A stretch of 8,350 nt of DNA from a virus: IMG/VR virus record IMGVR_UViG_3300031998_001769, positions 1-8,350 of that record; one strand, 5' to 3'. The position numbers and the translations under genes were made by a program. The notes below the pieces were generated by a model that was not told the DNA's origin, searched no databases, and saw nothing but the letters and a program-made list of their open reading frames with translations. Below, one piece after another: positions 4,733-8,350 of the stretch (positions are counted from its first letter, which is position 1; every line of letters starts with the position of its first letter).

Positions 4733-7090
4733 TTAATACCTGCTTTCCGTTTCGGTTACATCAACCTTCTTTTGGGTGTCTGTAATGTCACTTTCAACTA
4801 CGTATACACGGTTATTGGAGATAGCGTTTTCAATGTTTGCACCCTGTACGTCCTGTGTGTATTGAACAGGTGCTACTATCTCATTTACGGCATTCATTGA
4901 CGGGGTTGATACACTACTACCATTGAATGTTGTGCCGCCGGGAAGTTGTTCCTTTTGGATATTTATTATACTTGCGATACCTGATGCTAATACGGATGCT
5001 GACATTACACCTGCCATGATACTTTGTCCAATCACACCCATCCATGCGTTCATAGGGGAGAAAGCGGATGAAACAGCGTTCACAATACCTACTAACGTAC
5101 TTATAAGGGTAGACGTGGACATTAGGTCTTTGTATTTCGCCAAACTCTCTTCGCTTTCCTTATCTTCGATACTTGCGATTGACGCAAACATCTGTGCAAA
5201 ACTATCGAGGTATGTAGATACAGCACCAACAGCACGCATGGTCTCTTCGAGTTCCATTTTTCTATACCGCTTGGTCATATCCAAGTTCATTTTATTATAG
5301 TCTTCTTTAATTTGGTTTACCTTTTGTTGGTAATCCTCTTCGGCTTGGAGAGTTTGCACATGGTATTCATCGTCAAGTTTCTCTAACATCTCTTTTTGTT
5401 CTTTGGATATCTCGAAATCGGTATAGTCATATATAATTTGTTCTTTGGCTTCTTTGTACTCCTTTTCGGCTTTAAGGCTTTCTTCTTTAAATTCTTTATC
5501 TAATAAGCGGTTCTCCAAGAAAAAAGCCTCTGCCATCATCAAACCCTCTCGTTCGTATCTCTCATCTATAGTAAGCAGTTCCTCACGGTAATCATCAGCA
5601 TATTGGAGTAAGCGATTCTTATATTCCTCTTGTTGCCTTTCCGCTTCACTCATATCGTCTTGTAACATTTGTCTCAAAGAGTTTATGGTCTCTGTGATAC
5701 CAAGTGTCAACGATTTGTCAGAGATGTTCTGTGTATCAAGCATCTTTTGGAGATAATAGGCATAGTCTCTTACATAGTTAGCGGTAATGTCTTTCTTCTT
5801 TTGTACATACTCTTCTTCTTTCAAGATACCCTCATCATACATTTTTTGGAGATTGGCCATTTGTAGCCTGTATTCGGTTTCATACTTTTCTTTCTCCTTT
5901 GCAATTGCCGCTTTTATCTCCTTATCTTTATAATCTGATGTGGCCTTTACCTTTAATTCGTTATAATGGTCTTCAATTTGCTTCTTTTTGGTCTGAAATT
6001 CCTGTTCGGTAATGAGTTCTTTCTCTTTTGCCTGTTGAAGTATCTCTATTTCCTTCTCCTTAGCGGCTTCAAAATTGGCTATTTCTTTCTCCAATTCGTC
6101 TTTGTCATAGAGACTAATTCTCCAATTCAACCCCTCTAAGGCCTTTTTAATGCTATCAACACTACCCGTAATGGATTTTCCCGCTTTCTTATAGGAGTCA
6201 GCATTATCAAGAATAGCCTTTTGTTGACGTTGTAGCAATTCTATTTGCGTTCTATAGGCATCGGCTTCTGCTTTTTTAGCATTGCCTGCAGCCTTACCCT
6301 CAGTTTCCCATAATTCAGCGGCCTTAGTACGTGCTAACTGTTCTTTATATGTTAAATCTTGTATTTGGGTCGCTAATTCCTCATATTCTTTTTTGGCCTG
6401 TTCATTAAGTTTGCTGACCTTTTGTGATGTTTCCCAATTTCTATAAGAGGTATACAAGTCCCCATAGGATTTACGTAAGGCATCAACCTTTTTCTTCTGT
6501 TCTTCAAGTTTTTTCGAGGTATCTTCACTGATAATACCCCATTTTTTCATTGCTTCTGTCACCTTATCCCAATTGGCAATAAGTAGACCCAATGCAGCAA
6601 TGACAGCACCTAAACCCGTGCTAATCAATGCTTTACCAAATGTCGAGGTAACTTTAGTTGCGGTTGAAATGGCTAATGACAGGCTTTTGAAACCCTTGAT
6701 GGCCTTGTCGATAGCAGGTAATGCCTGTGTCAGTGCCATCATATTCTGCATTCTTTGCAGGGACTTGATTGTCTCTTCATTTTCAATACCAAATAGGTTC
6801 ATAACGGCCTTTGCCGACTGAAAGCCTGCAATCATACCACCCATAGTCTTAGTTACATTGCTTGCAATTTGGCCAAAGTCCATTGCAGAAGCATTAACAA
6901 GTTCCATCTGTTCTTTCAACGTGTGTTGAATCTCTGCAGATTTAACCAACGCTTCGTTAAATTCCTCTGTACCCTGTTCTGTACTAAGCATGGTGTCACG
7001 TAAGTCCTTCAATTGTTTACGCAACTCCTTAACCGATGTCTGTGCTGCACCTGTATCTATTTTTATGACTTCTACGTCTTGTGCTGCCAT
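4733..7090 (-). CDS. Tape measure protein (TMP)-like, 785 aa
   Basis: It is the largest ORF in the window. The N-terminal region has a hydrophobic Gly/Ala-rich segment (GKALISTGLGAVIAALGLLIANW, residues 152-173). The centre is a long charged coiled coil with aromatic residues exactly 11 apart (Y490, Y501, Y512, F523, F534, Y545, Y556, then Y576, Y587, Y598, Y609). A second hydrophobic block spans residues ~660-712. This architecture and the 11-residue aromatic repeat are hallmarks described for TMPs. Confidence 0.75.
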   Translation of the reverse strand: MAAQDVEVIKIDTGAAQTSVKELRKQLKDLRDTMLSTEQGTEEFNEALVKSAEIQHTLKEQMELVNASAMDFGQIASNVTKTMGGMIAGFQSAKAVMNLFGIENEETIKSLQRMQNMMALTQALPAIDKAIKGFKSLSLAISTATKVTSTFGKALISTGLGAVIAALGLLIANWDKVTEAMKKWGIISEDTSKKLEEQKKKVDALRKSYGDLYTSYRNWETSQKVSKLNEQAKKEYEELATQIQDLTYKEQLARTKAAELWETEGKAAGNAKKAEADAYRTQIELLQRQQKAILDNADSYKKAGKSITGSVDSIKKALEGLNWRISLYDKDELEKEIANFEAAKEKEIEILQQAKEKELITEQEFQTKKKQIEDHYNELKVKATSDYKDKEIKAAIAKEKEKYETEYRLQMANLQKMYDEGILKEEEYVQKKKDITANYVRDYAYYLQKMLDTQNISDKSLTLGITETINSLRQMLQDDMSEAERQQEEYKNRLLQYADDYREELLTIDERYEREGLMMAEAFFLENRLLDKEFKEESLKAEKEYKEAKEQIIYDYTDFEISKEQKEMLEKLDDEYHVQTLQAEEDYQQKVNQIKEDYNKMNLDMTKRYRKMELEETMRAVGAVSTYLDSFAQMFASIASIEDKESEESLAKYKDLMSTSTLISTLVGIVNAVSSAFSPMNAWMGVIGQSIMAGVMSASVLASGIASIINIQKEQLPGGTTFNGSSVSTPSMNAVNEIVAPVQYTQDVQGANIENAISNNRVYVVESDITDTQKKVDVTETESRY

Positions 7091-7122
7091 ATGTTTAATT
7101 TCTTGTTTTACTCTTTGTTTAT

Positions 7123-8349
7123 TTATGATACTACGTTCACCCTGAATGAGGTGATGTCACCACCTGTATTTTCCAAATAGAAATCTACAAAACCTGTGTT
7201 AGTTGATGTTGTTCTTAGTCTCAGACGCTTCACACCCGCTGAACCTGATGTAGAACCTGTATCAACATTTACGTTACCACGGTTGTCAGACGCTACAATT
7301 CTCCATGCGGTACTACTATTGATGTCTACATACGTATAACTATCTCTTGATATTTGGTTGTACCACGGTGAAGCACTTATCGTATTAGTACCACCTACGT
7401 TAACACGTACTTTGGCATTGGCTATCGTCTCATCACCCTCTAAGAGGTTGAATGTAATCGTACCACCCATTTCCTCGTTTATAGTACCGATATATACAGT
7501 GGTTGAACCGCTTGTACCGCTTTGTGGCCATGCTACCAAATTCTCATTCCAATCATCAGCATTTATCTCCCAATTGGCAGAGGATGTGATAGTTACCTTC
7601 TTATATGCATCATACGGGATGGTTAATGCACTGCTTGATACACGAATATAATCAGCGGAGAATGAATCGGTGCTATAGCCGTTTATGTCCTGTACGGTAA
7701 TCAGGTCAACCTTAGTGGTTGTATTGCTTTGTATGTCGTAATCGTATATCTTGTTTACCACACACAACTGATTACCGATTTTCACTAACTTATTCCATTC
7801 AAATTGGCTATAGTCGCTTGGTTTCATGTTCACATAGCAGGTGATTTTCTTGTTTGCAACGTTGTACCTCTCAGCAATGTATTTCTCCCAAAAGTTGTGA
7901 TAGATGCTGTTCTTACCTGCATAATTGTTGTAATAGGTGTAGTTCTCTTTTGGTACATTAAACACACACATCTGTCTACCTTTTACAATGTTAAGGTACG
8001 GGTATGATGTAATGCTTGTACTTGACCCGCCATCCTGTGTGTATACATAGGTATTGCAGGCCTGTTGCATAGGTGTATCATCAGAAATAACCACACTACG
8101 TAAATGCAATGTAGGTGAATCGGTAAAAAGTGCCAAACCATCATGGAAATACCATGCACCGAATACATCAACCTGTCGATTGTCAGCATCTTTATTGTAA
8201 ACATACAACTCAGACGGGAAACTGTACACGATTTTATGGTAGTCATAGAGGTTTGTCCATGACAACACATTGTCCGTATTGGTTATAGATGGTGTTACGT
8301 CCTCAAACAACTCGGTTGTCTCATCATTGAAGTTATAATCTGTTACCAA
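7123..8349 (-). CDS. Partial CDS (5' end beyond the window). Tail, baseplate or host-recognition protein with two C-terminal Ig/BACON-like beta-sandwich domains.
   Basis: The frame is open to the window edge. The 'M' in the ORF track is a TTG at 8349-8347, so the true start is probably upstream. The protein is beta-rich and rich in Tyr/Asn/Thr. Residues ~234-318 and ~321-408 are two related modules, each following ..I.SS..W.I.......G(T/S)SGS......G.I.F.L......(V/F)RVNV. It is adjacent to the TMP gene. Confidence 0.55.
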   Translation of the reverse strand: MVTDYNFNDETTELFEDVTPSITNTDNVLSWTNLYDYHKIVYSFPSELYVYNKDADNRQVDVFGAWYFHDGLALFTDSPTLHLRSVVISDDTPMQQACNTYVYTQDGGSSTSITSYPYLNIVKGRQMCVFNVPKENYTYYNNYAGKNSIYHNFWEKYIAERYNVANKKITCYVNMKPSDYSQFEWNKLVKIGNQLCVVNKIYDYDIQSNTTTKVDLITVQDINGYSTDSFSADYIRVSSSALTIPYDAYKKVTITSSANWEINADDWNENLVAWPQSGTSGSTTVYIGTINEEMGGTITFNLLEGDETIANAKVRVNVGGTNTISASPWYNQISRDSYTYVDINSSTAWRIVASDNRGNVNVDTGSTSGSAGVKRLRLRTTSTNTGFVDFYLENTGGDITSFRVNVVS

Positions 8350-8350
8350 A

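Noticed and set aside
4733-7090. Alternative readings of the 785-aa protein as a cellular coiled-coil or membrane protein (SMC-like or chemoreceptor-like), or as a podovirus internal or ejection protein
   Set aside because: The phage structural context, the two Gly/Ala-rich hydrophobic blocks flanking a long coiled coil, and the 11-residue aromatic repeat all fit a TMP best. The ejection-protein alternative cannot be fully excluded without searches and is listed as a refutation test.
542-8007. All plus-strand ORFs in the track (e.g. 542..805, 2492..3073 at 193 aa, 3818..4165, 4923..5300, 7358..7651)
   Set aside because: Each lies entirely antisense to a longer minus-strand gene with a coherent protein-like translation. 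Their own translations are Cys/Leu/Phe/Ser-rich and low in complexity, as expected of shadow frames. None has its own intergenic space or a start context resembling the real genes.
7983-8270. A minus-strand 95-aa ORF nested out of frame in the 408-aa tail protein gene
   Set aside because: It is completely embedded in a longer ORF. The composition is rich in Cys/His/Met/Leu and atypical for a real protein, and there is no independent start context.
1-8350. Looked for CRISPR repeats, tRNA or other structured RNA genes, IS or transposase ends, integrase or att sites, DGR template/variable repeat pairs, introns or homing endonucleases, and defence or anti-defence cassettes
   Set aside because: Only 282 nt are non-coding, split into spacers of at most 82 nt. 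I noticed no long direct or inverted repeats beyond those reported, and no ORF resembles these functions. A near-identical repeat pair diverging at adenines, which would indicate a DGR, cannot be fully excluded by eye.

Overview
All nine genes in this window lie on the minus strand and about 97% of it is coding (282 nt non-coding by my count). It reads as a virion-morphogenesis block of a tailed dsDNA phage or prophage. In transcription order (high to low coordinates) the genes are:
- a 5'-truncated tail or host-recognition protein ending in two Ig/BACON-like domains
- a 785-aa tape-measure-like protein
- an XkdF-like putative prohead protease
- an acidic scaffold-like protein
- a major capsid protein
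- a candidate tail tube protein
- a 107-aa beta-rich protein of unknown function
- a compact HK97-family-like portal
- a 3'-truncated connector-like ORF (1..357) that is missing from the supplied ORF track

I found no RNA genes, CRISPR array, transposase, integrase or defence-type gene.

Points worth a second look:
- The assembly gene order is permuted: the tape measure sits upstream of the head genes, the tube gene directly follows the capsid gene, and the portal lies downstream of both.
- No chaperone gene pair precedes the tape measure.
- Two GGGG/CCCC hairpins bracket the tube gene. Their non-Watson-Crick positions are G:U wobbles only on the minus-strand RNA.
- A 13-nt translation-initiation motif is identical at the capsid and tube genes.
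- The tape measure has a clean 11-residue aromatic periodicity.
- Start contexts mostly lack Shine-Dalgarno sequences, which together with the BACON-like domains suggests a Bacteroidota host.

All family assignments rest on reading the translations and on remembered family motifs. No searches were run.
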